DNA of 64,000 bases, taken from positions 80,168,001-80,232,000 of the forward strand of contig CM052817.1 of assembly GCA_028534125.1 (NCBI GenBank), in the 5' to 3' direction. Positions 40,060 through 52,792 of this stretch are shown here, piece by piece. Under the pieces are notes generated by a model. That model was not told where the DNA came from, did not search any database, and saw only the letters and a program-made list of their open reading frames with translations. Within the stretch, counting starts at the first letter, position 1; the number at the start of each line of letters is the position of its first letter. This DNA comes from Lama glama (lineage: Eukaryota). A program made the translations under genes and the position numbers.

Positions 40060-41258
40060 AGCTTGTTTTCAGAGGCCCTCCGTTGGCGCCCTCTTCTGTG
40101 TTGTTCCCAGCACCTGTTGGCAAGCAGATCGCGCCTCCTCCTAACACGGGGTCAGGTGCAGTTCTCCTCTGCTGTGGGCGGGCGGGTCACTGCCCCTCCG
40201 GATGCCACAGTCAGATGTTGCAGACTGGTCAGGCAGGAGGGCGGGTTGTGCCCCCTCCTAGCACCTCGGTCAGGGGCTGTGTTCCTGCCCGACCGGTGGG
40301 GGGCCGCTCTCCCTCTACCTGCGCCGCCGGTAGCTCCGCTGCTCTGTGCGGATGCGCGCTCTGCCCTGGTCGGCGCTCCGCAGGTGGGCTCGGGGAAGAT
40401 GGAGGGACAGCCTTGTCCCTGCTCCAAGCCAAAACCCAGCTTCTTGTTTGTCTTTGTGGAGCAAGTTCTCTGAGGGACCAGGATGCAAGGATCCTATCTG
40501 CACTGGGCTGTAGGCAAGTCTCAGTCTGGCCCTTGAGGCTGCTGAGCCCTTCCGTGCGAATGCAGGTTTCGCCCCCGCCCCCGCCCCCGCCTGGGTGCTA
40601 GCGCTGGAGGATATGGCGGCTGTGCCTGAGCCCCGCCTCTCTTCCCCCGAAAAGTTTCCGTGGGTTTTCAGAGATGGGGGTATGCACCCTTCCCCCGAGA
40701 GCACATCAACCTTGCTGTTTTATGGAGGGCCCAGGTTGTTCTGCCCTGTGCACCCACAGCCACGGCGCCCAGCCCCTTGCAGTCCCCCAGGGCTGCCTCC
40801 GTGCAGCCGCCCCCGTCCTCCGCCCGGCTTGTGCAGCCTGGCCCTGCCCGCTGCTGCCGGCCCGCGTCTCAGGCTGGGTGTTGGGGGACGCTCTGTGCCC
40901 GTTTAACTTAGTTCTGTCAGACAAGGGCTGCTGTGTACAGATCCGAGCCTCAGAGGCTCCCCCGCTGTCCCGCTGGCCTCTCAGTTGGAGAGGGGAGACC
41001 CAGCGAGCGAGCGCCAGTCCTGCTTTGCCGCTCCCTCCCCGCGGGACCCGTCCTGCGCTGCTTTGCCTTTTGTTCTTTCTTTTTTGCTTTTCTCCTACCA
41101 GATTTTTGGCGTCTTTATCTTTTGAAGAGGGCGATGTTCTGTCGGAGTTCCGCAGGTGCTCTGGTTGGCTGAGTGGGTCTGTAGATGTGGGTCTTGGTGT
41201 AATTGTGGGAGAGGGTGACTTACGAGCGTCCTTCTACTCTGCCATCTTCTCCATCTCC
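40060..41258 (-). promoter_or_regulatory. CpG-island-like L1 5'UTR internal promoter with YY1 motif (GCCATCTT 41241-41248) and GC boxes (CCCCGCCC repeats ~40572-40591)
   Basis: Only GC/CpG-rich stretch in the window; motifs read directly. Promoter function is inferred from known L1 biology. Confidence 0.7.
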
Positions 41259-43923
41259 GAAAGTTTTTAATTTTAAATGTCTAGCTCATCAATTATTTTT
41301 TTCATGGATCATGCCTTTAGTGTGTCTAAAATGTCAGTGGCATAGCTAAAATCACTAGAGTTTTCTTCTGTATTCTCTTCCAGGAGTTTTATAGTTTTGC
41401 ATTTTATATTTAGGTCTATGATCTATTTTGAGTTAATATTTGTAAGGAGTGTAAAATCTGTGTCTAGAGTCATTTTCTTTTATGTGGATATACAGCCATG
41501 CTAGCACTATTTGTTGACAAGTTTTTGTCAGTTATTTTGTTTTTTCTGCATAGACAGTTTTTTCATCTGTGAATAAAGATAGTTTTATTTGGTTTTTTTC
41601 CCCCAGTCTGTATACCTTTTATTTCCTTGTCTTGTCCTATTGCATTAGCTAGGACTTCTAGTATACTGTTGAAAAACAGTGGTCAGGAAGGACATTTTGC
41701 CTTGTTTCTGATCTTAGCAGGAACGTTACTTATTTCTCACCATTAAGTGTGATGTTAGTTGCAGTTACGGTTTTTGTCGATGTTCTTTATCAAGTTGAGG
41801 AAGTTCCCTTTATTCCTGGTTTCCTCAATTTTTATTGTGATTGGGTGTTTAGCATAATTTGACAAAAAGGGCTCTTTGTCAGATCCTTTTTCTGTATCTA
41901 TTGATGTGCTCATGCAATTTTTCTTTTTTTAGTCGGTTGATGTGATCGATTATATTCACTGATTTTTTAATGTTTAACTAGCCTTGTATACCTGGGATAA
42001 ATCCCACTTGATCATAGTGTATAAATCTTTTTATATGTTTCTGAATTATACATACATTATTATGTATTGTTGAATTCAATTTGCTAATATTTTGTATATT
42101 CATAAGAGATAATTGGTCTGTAATTTTCTTGTGATGTCTCTGTCTGGTTTTGGTTTTAGGATAATGTTGGCCTCAGAGAATGAGCTAAGAAGTATTCCCT
42201 CTGCTTCTGTCTTCTAGAAGAAGTTGTAGAGAACTGTTATAATTTCTTCCTAAAGTGACTGGCAGATTTACCAGTAAACCTAACTGGGTCTCATGCTTTC
42301 TGTTTCAGAAGATCATTAATTATTCAGTTTCTTTCATTGTCATAGGCCTGTTCAGACTGTCCATTTCTTTTTCCTGTCAGTTTTGGCAGTCTGTCTTTCA
42401 AAGAATTTGTGGACATAAAGTTTTTCATAGTATTAATACTCATAGTACCCTTTATTAAACTTTTAAGGTCCATGGAATCTGTAACCATCTCCTCTTTCAT
42501 TTCTAATGTTAGTAATTACTGATTTTTTCAAAGAGCCAGCTTTTGGTTTTATTGATTTTCTCTACTGATTTTCTGTTACCGATTTTACTGATTCTGCTCT
42601 GATTTTTACTTTTTCGTATGTTTATTTTGAATTTAAATTGTTCTTTCTTAGTTTCCTAAAGTAGAAGCTTACATTATTGATTTTATATCTTTCTTCTTTT
42701 CTAATACATGCATTCAATGCTATAAAATTCTCTTTAAGCACTACTTCCACTATATCCAACAAATTTTGATAAGCTGTACTTTCATTTTCATTTAGTTTAA
42801 AATATTTTTTGATTTTTGTCGAGATTTCTTTGACCTATGTATTATTTATAAATGTATTAAGTGTTTCATAATGTTCCAACTGTCTTTCTACTATTGATTT
42901 CGTTTGATTTCATTGTGGTCTGATAGCACACATTATATGATTTCTTTTCTTTATAATTTGTTATGTTTTATAGCCCTGAATGTAGTCTGTCTTGGTGAAT
43001 GTTCCATATGACCTTGGGTAGAAAGTGTATTCTGCTGTTGTTGGATATGAAGTGGTATATGTATAATAATTATATCCAGTTGGCTGATGTTGCTGTTGAG
43101 TTCAACTGTGTCATTACTGATTTTCTGCCTGCTGAATCTGTCCATTTTTGATACAGGAGTGTTCAGATTTTCAACCACAATAGTGGATTCATCTGTTTCT
43201 TCTTGAAGTTCTATCAGGTTTTGCCTCACTTATTTTGATGCTCTGCTGTTAAATGACACACATTAAGGATTGTTATGTCTTCTTGGAGTATTGACTACTT
43301 TATAATGGAAATTCTTTCTTTATCCCTGATAAAGTAAACCTTTACTAATACAGTAGTATGTGTGGGGGGAGGGAAAGTGTTCTGTAGTCTATGATTAGGT
43401 TGCAGTCTTTCAGGGAGTCTCTGTTGCTGGACTATGAACTTCACAATTGTTTTTCAGTAACCTCCCTTACATGAGAGTGGGATAGGATGACTACAGAGAG
43501 CTGGAGTTGGGTATTTCCCTTCCTCCAGCTCAGTTGTGCTGTGATAAAACCCTAATAGTTTAGGAAATTGTTTCTCTTGAGGAAAGGTCTTATTGAGAAA
43601 TACTGAATGTTCTGGCATATTTCAAAATGGCTTCTTCCCCCCTCCTTCTGCCAGAAGTATGAGGAGATTTTCCTCAGAATTTCTCTTTGAGAACCTGGTG
43701 TAGCTTCTGGATGTAAAACTCACAGAAATGTGAGGGTTTCCCCATGACTGGATCTTTCTGGAGTATTTAACTCTCAGATTTGTCTGCACTGAACCCTCCA
43801 GCAATTCATCAATTACATTTCAGGCTCTCCTGTCCCAACACTGCTTCCCATGGAGATTTCTGTTTATTGGTTTCTCTGTATCCAGCCTGTCTCTTCGGCT
43901 TTTGTGGCATTGATTTGCTTTAT

Positions 43924-44259
43924 TGTTATGGTATGGGTGTTTGTGCACTCCCCAGATTCATATGTTGAAATCCTAAGAGGTGGATCCTTGGGGAGGTGCT
44001 TAGGTTATGAGGGTGGGGCCGTCATGAGTGGGATTTCGGTCTTTATAAAAGAGGCCCCAGAGAGCTTGCTCACCCGTTCTTATAGAGGACAGAATGAGAA
44101 GGTGTTGGTTACCAGCAGGGGAAGAGAGTCCTCACCTGACCACACCAGTCCCTTAATCTTGGACTTTACAGCCTCCAGACTATGAGAAATGAACTTCTAC
44201 TGTTGATAAACCATCTACCATGTGATATTTTGTTATAGCAGCCTAAATGGATTAGGATA
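43924..44259 (+). mobile_element. MLT1A-like (ERVL-MaLR) solo LTR
   Basis: Starts TGTTATGG; contains ttcatatgttgaaatccta, ctttataaaagaggccccagagagc, atcttggacttt.cagcctccaga and ttttgttatagcagcc. Flanked by near-identical 5-mers TTTAT/CTTAT (putative TSD). Confidence 0.85.
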
Positions 44260-46172
44260 CTTATGATCTCACATCTCTGAGGGATCTGAGAAGAAATAAT
44301 TTTTCAGTTAGTAGAGTTTTTTACATGTTAGGAAGGAGTAAATGTGTCTAAGATCCTTACATGCTGGACGGGAAAACAGACCAATATTGCCCTTTTGTAG
44401 TCAGTTCTCCATGTTGTAGCCATTGTGATCCTCAAATACCTAAGTCTGATCTTGTCATGTCTCTACTTGTAACTTTCTGTTAACTTTAGAACAAAATCCA
44501 AACTCAGTAATTTGGATAACAAAGGCTTTGTTCTTATCCAGCCTTGGTTTATCTTTCTGTGCTAATCTTTTACATTTCTACCTTACTACTATGCTATTCT
44601 GAACTGTTTGCCATTTTCAATGTTCTGTGTTCTTTCTCTTTCCCTTCTTTTTCCTTGCCTGTCTGGTCCTCACTCATTTTTCAGGTCACAGGTTAGAGAA
44701 TGTCTGCCCTGGACAGCTCACCTTGACTCTCCCAAAACCTGTTCATGTGACCTTCCTTAGCCTCTTTGTAGATAGGATAATAGCTAATTAGCAAAGTAAA
44801 TACAATTGAAGGCCTTGGATATAATCTGTTGGTAGCCTGAAATATATCTATGCTTGTAGTCATTATGAAGGAGCCCTGAGAGCTTTTGCTAGCAATGTTC
44901 TGATCTAAGAGTTAAACTCTAATTTGGGAAAGTTATATTATGGAGGATTTTTGGAGGGATATGTAATCCATTTATTCAAAATATTCAAATTTTATTCTTA
45001 GGTAGAGTCAGATCAGCAAATTCATACACCTGCTGATTAGTCACTTGCAGGAATTAGTGCTAACCAAAACAAATCTCAGTGGCTTCCTTGGTCCCAAACT
45101 TTTTGACATTGGGAAGGACCATTTAATTTAATAAATTGACAGTGTGATTTATATAACAACCTGGAAGAACCAACCATTTAATTTAGTTAATTAACATTAA
45201 AATTTGTATAACACCTTCATATGTGTTTGCAGCTACTCTCCTGTGTATACGCTAAGTCAGGTTTTTGAACTTGTAATACATGCTGAGGTCTAAATTCTTT
45301 TATTTAGAGATCCTAATTACTTTATTGTTAAATATATTACATGGTGGTTATACTGAGGGTGTGCTTATTCTGTCATGGGTGCTAAGATAAAGGCATGGTG
45401 TATGTCCCTTCTGTCTTTTTTCCCTCTTCTCCAGTTCCCCATACTCAGTTACATCTGATTGAATTTATATGTTTAATATGTGTATAATGCTGTTTTACTC
45501 TATAGTTATCCACCCAGATGTGTATTATATATTTCTCAATTCTGAACAGATCTTAGTAAATCCCAGCTAATGCTAATGAGAATTCTGGGGCCTTGATGGT
45601 GTAATATCAAAGTTTTGTTCACCAGTAAGACTTCTTGAGTTTACTTCTTAAAAGTCAATATTTAGTCATTTTTTTATGGTCAGAGGAAATGCGATTAAAT
45701 TAAGGTGTAATTTGTCCTGGAGTGGTTTTGTAGTTGACCTGGAACATGAATAAAAGGAACAAAATTAAATGCTTTTTTGGCCTATTTTCCTGGGTAAGTT
45801 GATTACAGTGACTACCTACCTGCTGATATGTTGAAAAGATATTCTTAATATTTAAAAGTATCAAGATACATCAGAAATATCCCATTTGTTATGGATATGT
45901 AGAGTTTTCTGTCTCACATAGGCACTATGCTTCATGTGAAAATGAGTTTGTATCTTACTCAGTTTTTTAATTCCCAATTCTTGTCAGTATATATGCTGTA
46001 TTAAATATAAATATTGATTAAATTAAATAATTATGTATTTGGTGAACTTTAAAAAAACTTTATATCTACTCAGATCTTTTATATTTGACACTCAGCATTT
46101 TATTATTGGAGAGAAAATGATCATGGTTGATGATGGAGGAAAAGAAATGATCTGAATATAGTTGGTTCTTAG

Positions 46173-46481
<309 letters not shown>

Positions 46482-47839
46482 TAAAATCAGGAACTGTATC
46501 ATTTGATTGTTTTGGGTTTTTCATGTCAAATTACTTTCTACTTGTCATTTAGAGGATACTTACCGATCTTAAACTAAAGGAAATGAAGACAACAGAGAAA
46601 AGCTTTTGTTTATGTTTTTATTACTTATGGTTTGCTATTAAAGAAATTTTTTTGTTAACTCCTTGAATTTCCCCTCCCCCATTGTTGCATCAAACTCTCA
46701 GTGTATTTCCCTAGAGAACTGAAGTTCTGAAATTCTTTTTTTGGTTTCATCTGATTTATGTTAAATTTTTTTAACGTTTTAATTAATATTAAGATAAACA
46801 GGCTCTTTGGACTCAAGTTATTATCAACAACTTTCTAGAACTTCCTTGAAGGCCTAGCAGTTGCTTTCAAAGTAATTAGAATAAATTGGATTTATTTATG
46901 GCAATGGATTTTATTTCTCTTAAAAATTTCCTTAGACTGTAGCATTAAATTAAGCTATATAGGTGCAGAATTAACACTATCAAGCTATTGCTACCACTGT
47001 TTTTCCCCTGGTCATAGTTTAATCAAGGAGTTCACTAACGTTTAAGTGCCTAATTTATACTTCATGTATACTTTTTTAACAAGTATCTAAATTTAGAGTA
47101 AAAATTTACTCCTAGTGCATGAACCAGTTTCTCTTTTTCAGTTAATGTTATTGCCTCATGTATATGACCTTATGAGCTCCTCCCTCCCTATGCCCATATA
47201 CATGGACTTTAAGTTTTCAAAATGGCATTTTTTTTTTCAAATGATCTTTTTGAAGATTTGAAAGAAGTTTTTATGTGAGAAGAAAGCCTTGCTTTCGTTC
47301 AGTTAGGTATTTTGCTGTGTAATAAAGTCCCTTGGTCAAGTGCAGGTACAAACACTTTGGACCTTAATAAATTGTTCCCTTTCTGATGTAGTGCTATGTA
47401 GGAAGCTAGGTGAGTTCTGAACATTTATAGAATCTGGGTTGGTGCCCAGGTATCTCCGATGTCTATTAAAAAAAAAAAAGATAGGACTATATTTTTAATG
47501 AGGATTAAAGAGAGTGTTGAAAGAGCCCTTAAAGGTTACTTAATCTCACCTTTTGGTTTCACTGAATCTAGAAAAATCATCTTTCTCCTGCTATAAAAAT
47601 GTATAAGAATACATTGTATTTTTATGACATTTGTCTCTTGGTTACCCCATGGCTAATGAGCTCTAAAATTTCTTCAGTTTCTTTCTCTACAGTGTCTAAT
47701 CTAATAATGTCCTGCTTTGGTTTCTTAGTATTATATGTCCTTGTTATTAGACACATTTCTTGAAGTAGGACTTTAGGCTTACAGTAAACTTCACTGGATT
47801 CTTCTAAATCAAGCTGTATGATTTAGCCTGGTTCATGCT

Positions 47840-48422
47840 TATATTAATTTTTGCTTGCCATGTAACACATTACCCCAAATTTAACAGCTTCACATAATAC
47901 TCATTTAAGTGTTTCTGGGGGTCAAAATCTGGGCATGGCATGATGGAGTTGTCTGCTCTGGTACTGGACAAGGTGTTGACCAACTGCATTCTCATCAGGA
48001 ACTGATATTCTCTTCTAAGCTCACATTGGGGCAGAATTCACATCTTGTGATTGTAGACCTAAGGACTAAATTTCTTTACTGTCTGTCAGCTGGGAGCTTC
48101 TCTCAGCTTCTAGAGACCCACATGTGCCCTTACATCTTTAAAGACAGCAATGGAGAATCTCCATCATATTTTATCCATCTCATGCTTTAAATTTACATTA
48201 CCAGTAAAAGGCTAGTCTCTTTTAAAGTTTCACCTGATCAAGTTAGGCCCACCAAGGAAAAATCTCTCCACCTTCGAGTCAGCTGGTTCAGGACCTTAAT
48301 TACATTTGCCACAGCCCTTCACAATAGTACCTATATTAGCATTTGATTGAATAACTGGGAGAAGGTGTATGTCAATCAGAGAACCAGGATCTTGGAGCTG
48401 AAATAGAATTGTTCCTACCACA
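47840..48422 (-). mobile_element. Older MLT1-family (ERVL-MaLR) LTR
   Basis: tgtaacacattaccccaaatttaacagctt start, gcagaattcacatcttgtgattgtagacc middle, ggaccttaattacatttgc..ttcctaccaca end. Confidence 0.7.
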
Positions 48423-50091
48423 GTGCTCTTTAGCTTCTTCCCCAACCCCTACATAAGTTCTCGCATGGGCATTAAGAACAACTAACTTATCCTTTACTGT
48501 CCTATGATTGGCTACCAACCAGCTCTTTTGAAATGTCCTTGTTCTGTGGAATCTGTCTTTTCTCAGATGGAGCATTTCTCTGCCTTGCCTTGTTCAGATA
48601 TATCTTTCTTCAAATTATACATATAATCTTTCTTAAAATAGAACAGGATAAATGAATTTAAACTCCTTTATTAAGCAAAGGATACATTTTTTTTCATGTT
48701 CTTTATATGTGTAACTTTTTGTAGGACTATTATTTAATACAGTAGAATTGTTGACTTATAATCTCTTTTGCTTACTTTTCCCTCTGTAAGACCTGGATTG
48801 AATCCCAACTGTTATGTTTTGCCGTAAGGTGAAATTTATCCTAGTTTTAACCTACACCTGGTATAAAAGACCTCAAGAAATTTTTGAGATAAACATATAT
48901 GAGATTCTTGGGTCACTCTAAGGTTTTGGGCCTTTTTTCAGTCTCATCTTAGAATAAGTCAAAACCCCAAAGGTAATGGTAAATGACTTCTATTCTCTTC
49001 AGGATACTTTGATCTGTGGGTATCTTGGGTCTCTTGGAGAAAATGCTTAACCAGATTTTGGGTGGAACTTATCTCCAAAGGTGGATGATTAAAGGGATGG
49101 AAGTGGTTCTTTGTTTTCATATTTCCATTTTTTTGCCTTGTTTTTATGTGTTTCTTGCTTGCTAATAATATTTCCCTTAGAAGGCAGATGCTATGTTTCA
49201 TTAATGACAACTTGTCTAAGTAACAGTCTTTAATATCACAGAGTATGAGAAATTAGTTTGAAAAATATCTTGCCAGCATTCTAGTTATATTTTTGGTCTT
49301 TTATAAAATGGTACCTTTAATGCCTCATTTCTAAAATTACCTAATTATCCAAAATAAATGTTTTAGGTGTCAATATTATTGCACACTGGTAAAACCTTTT
49401 GACCAGCCTTTGCTTCAAGAGGCTGTAGAGAGAAGTATAAATACATACAAACATATTTACATATGCATATATATTTATATGTATGCTTGTCTATGTGTAT
49501 CTATACATATATATGCATACATCATATATATGCATAAACATACTTATATACATGCTTTGATTAATTTTTTAAAAAGTTAGAAATCTAACTTATTTTAACC
49601 AACTAATTTTGGGTAAGCACATTTAAATTAAGATATTGAAAGTGTTTGAAATTATATACAAAGACTTAATTTTCACTAGGTCATGGGGATCTAAAGATCT
49701 TTAATTTGCTATTCAAATTTTTCAAAATTTATAATATTTAATTTTAATAGATGAAGTAATAATGAAATAATAAAATTATAACTGACCATAAAACATAAAA
49801 TTGGTAAATGGAGAAAGTATTTTTCAGTGGTATAACAACAGTTACAAGATCATCAAATGATATGCAGTGCTTTCAAGTACAGCTTTGAATTCAGTACTTT
49901 GAACCATGGTCTAAATGTTCTGTTTATGCAAAAAACTATTTTAAATAATCAGAGATTTTTGTAAAAAATATTTTAATTGTTTTCTATTTCAGGTAAAGTT
50001 CTATATTCATATGCAATATGAATTTTATTGAGTGTACTTCTGTTATTACTCAGATGATGTATACTATATCAAAAGTGTATTTTCCAGATCT

Positions 50092-50178
50092 TTTTCTCTA
50101 AACCTTTATAAAATGTTACGTATCAATGTTAATATTAATGTAATATTAATGTTACATTTTATAAAAGTTCAGAGAAAA
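50092..50178. repeat. Inverted repeat, 28-bp arms (25/28 complementary) with AT-rich spacer
   Basis: TTTTCTCTAAACCTTTATAAAATGTTAC (50092-50119) versus GTTACATTTTATAAAAGTTCAGAGAAAA (50151-50178). Confidence 0.9.
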
Positions 50179-50179
50179 C

Positions 50180-51162
50180 TCCTCCTCCTGCATATAGATG
50201 AGTGAAGAGAAATTGTATTTTCAAGAGTCCATTTTGCATAAGAATGACAGGATGTGAAGGACAAATGTATATTTTATAAAATATACAGCATTATTTGAAT
50301 ATTGTTTAATGTTACTATAAAAAAGTTTTAGGACGTGGGTGATTAGAATATGGTGTATAAAATGTGCCCTAAATATGCTGTTAGAAACAAAACAGTCTTA
50401 AGAAATGATTTAAAAAAAATTCCTATTATAATGAAATGAATAGACAGAGTTTTCACCACCTGTCTTGTCTGGAGGAAATAGTAGTAGGAAGAAAACAGGA
50501 AACAGAAGAATTAAAGTAAGTTTCCTATGCTGATGCTGAAAGGTAGAGATTTTGTCTTTGGCCTTAAACTGGAAAGAAAATTAAAAAGGACTGTTCTGGT
50601 ATCAAAGGAATAATGCCTGTAGTCCAACTTTGGCTACATTTAATTAAGGTGTTTGGCCTTGTAAATTGGGTAGCATAGTTTACAATTCTATTGCCTGTTA
50701 ACCCACAATCGCTATGTCATGATGACCTTAAGTTAGTGTGTTGGAATGGAGAATATTCTTGGACTGTCAGAGGACTGAAATTGATATCATTATATGACCC
50801 GTATGTTGTTCATTTTTAGTGTCTTTTTTGATCAATATTTCAGTTTAATATAGTATGGGGAAACTGAAGCTGGAGAACCCATGGGATTTGGTGATTGAGC
50901 AAGGGAAGTGAGATGTGTCTCAAGAATCACATTATTCTACTTCCTGCTATATCATATTTACATGTCAAACACGTTAGCTGTAATGTAGCATACTAGGTTG
51001 AGTAAGGTGTTTGCTTGGGGGTCTCTGATAGTATCCTGAAGTCTCCACAGACCTTTTACCCCAGCTCCCAACATTCCTCCTCCTGCATATAGATGAGTGA
51101 AGAGAAATTACATCCTCAAGAGTCCATTTTGCATAAGAATGATAGGATGTGAAGGACAAATG
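50180..51162 (+). repeat. Dispersed 88-bp direct repeat (50180-50267 and 51075-51162)
   Basis: 83/88 identical with no gaps; all five differences are transitions. Confidence 0.95.
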
Positions 51163-52495
51163 AAGATTAATGAGATTGTATGGTGTCATGTAGTCACATT
51201 GTTTTTAGATTGATGATGGCCTGGATTTCCACAGCATCAGGAGACTTTAGAACAATGAACAACTAAATTATTTTTGATGTCCAAATAATATTTAAAAGCC
51301 CAAACTCTAGGAGTTTATATTGTTCTTTGTTAGACTGTTGCTTATGTGGACCCTTTAGAGGAGTATAGTGTTCAATCCGTGATATTTTGTACATTTGTGT
51401 TGCGTATTAAGGAAGAAATGATCTTGTCTTCTTTCTCTGGTGTGAAACAAGCTTCAAAAATTTTTTTATAATGAATCTTTTTAAATTTAGTCCCTTCGGT
51501 TACTTTTAGTACAGATGCTTGTTATATAATAGGCTCTCAATAATAATTACTATTATAAATATTACCTCTCACATGAAACCTACTATTCTCATAGCAGTAA
51601 ATTTATAGAATTTTAAAAATTCTTCTCAGATTGCTCAATTGAGGAAGATTTTGGAAGTTATGTAGAGGTCTTGAGTAATTCAGTGTTCAAAATTATTTTC
51701 TAACTTAGTGTGTTTAACTCATCAAAGTAATAAACTAGCATTAATTTTCCTTCCAGTTTTTCTGGAAGATAAGTTATGGGTTAACTATGACTTAATATTT
51801 CTGTTTCTTAAATACTGTAAGTTAAAAGTTGGTTTTATTTGATGTCTTTGTAACATGGAAAATATTAGCATGTTTAGAAATGTCAGCACATGAGAAGCTA
51901 AATACATGTAGTTTCCACTTTTCAAATGAATTGTGTTCCAGAAATACTCTCAGAAAGGTTTCAGATACGTTTGTAAATGGCTTTCCTCTCCACTCTTCCA
52001 AGTTATAAGTTAAATGTTCTGTTCATCTATTATTGCTGCTCTCTGTTTAGTCAGAACTAAAAACCAAACTGCTTGACCTAACAGATGTTAAAAGTTTAAA
52101 TGGATCATAATTCTCTACCTTTCTGTACGTATTTAAGGAAAAGATGCTTAATCATCTTTAATATTATTTATCAAAATGATGTAGAAAGTCTTAGTGTGTT
52201 AGAATCTGAGCCACAGTGTAGTCAGATCTAGGAGGCTTCCTCCAAGGTCATCTTCCAGTGTCAGCTTTACCATCCTTTACAGGACTCTTGGAAGTAGTTT
52301 TATTATTGTTACTGAGTATTTGTGTGTTTCTTTTTTGTTTTTTTAAAAAGTGCCAAGTGTTTTCACTATATCTATTATGGCAACCACTATAAGGGTTTCA
52401 GCTTTGGGAGTGGAGGATTGGAAGAACAGAAGTTGGTCAGAGGTTGTATGGATCATATCTCATTTAGATGTTGATAAGATAAGGACTGTCTGTCC

Positions 52496-52792
52496 CAGGG
52501 GTCAGGCAGTTATGACCTGTGCACTACATCTTGTCCATCACTTGTTTTTGTACATCCCATGACCTAAGAATGATTTTTATATATTTAAATGGTTGGGAAA
52601 ATATGATGATTTTGTGACATGTGAAAATAATGTGAAATTCAAATTTCAGTCCTCATAAATACACTGATTTTTAATGTAGTGACTGTGACTATTTGTACTA
52701 CTACTGTAGAGTAGTTACAGTAGAGACTTATGGGCCTGTAAAGCCTAAATTATTTACCATTTGGACCTCTACAGAAAGTTTACTGACCATTG
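52496..52792 (+). mobile_element. MER58B-like hAT-Charlie element
   Basis: caggggtcaggca..ctaagaatgattttt..gaaattcaaatttcagt..aaagcctaaattatttaccatttggacc..tttactgacc. Confidence 0.7.

Larger units (their letters stand above)
39073..41258 (-). mobile_element. Young, apparently full-length LINE-1 (camelid-like) whose ORF1/ORF2 body is hidden in the assembly gap
   Basis: Long T/(TTTTTA)n tail 39073-39120 and 3'UTR to 39250; gap; then >1.5 kb 5'UTR. On the minus strand it begins GGAGATGGAGAAGATGGCAGAGTAG, a typical L1 start with YY1 core AAGATGGC. Abundant unmutated CpG. Confidence 0.85.
37966..44375 (-). mobile_element. Old, internally deleted L1MC-type element (3'UTR 37966-39072; ORF2 and 5' remnants 41259-44375), interrupted by a young L1 and an MLT1A LTR
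   Basis: L1MC-like 3' end (tttagagcaattttaggttcacagcaaaactgag). Minus-strand ORF2-like peptides at 38313-38982 and endonuclease-like peptide at 42951-43229. L1 antisense sequence resumes after the nested insertion. Confidence 0.8.

Noticed and set aside
39987..41172. Stack of overlapping 70-200 aa ORFs on both strands, suggesting a hidden gene
   Set aside because: They lie in the GC-rich L1 5'UTR, where stop codons are rare, and have low-complexity P/A/G/R composition with no recognisable domain. Only the ATG-initiated 40674-41270 frame is kept as a speculative ORF0-like lead.
40060..41258. CpG island as the promoter of a nested host gene
   Set aside because: It ends exactly at an L1-type 5' terminus with YY1 motif and interrupts an older L1MC, so it is better explained as an L1 5'UTR.
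49435..49560. Quasi-palindromic TATA/CATA region
   Set aside because: Degenerate (TA/CA) microsatellite; self-complementarity is expected from composition.
50092..50178. Hairpin as a pre-miRNA
   Set aside because: Extremely AT-rich with no recognisable miRNA family sequence; better explained as a DNA-level inverted duplication without small-RNA data.
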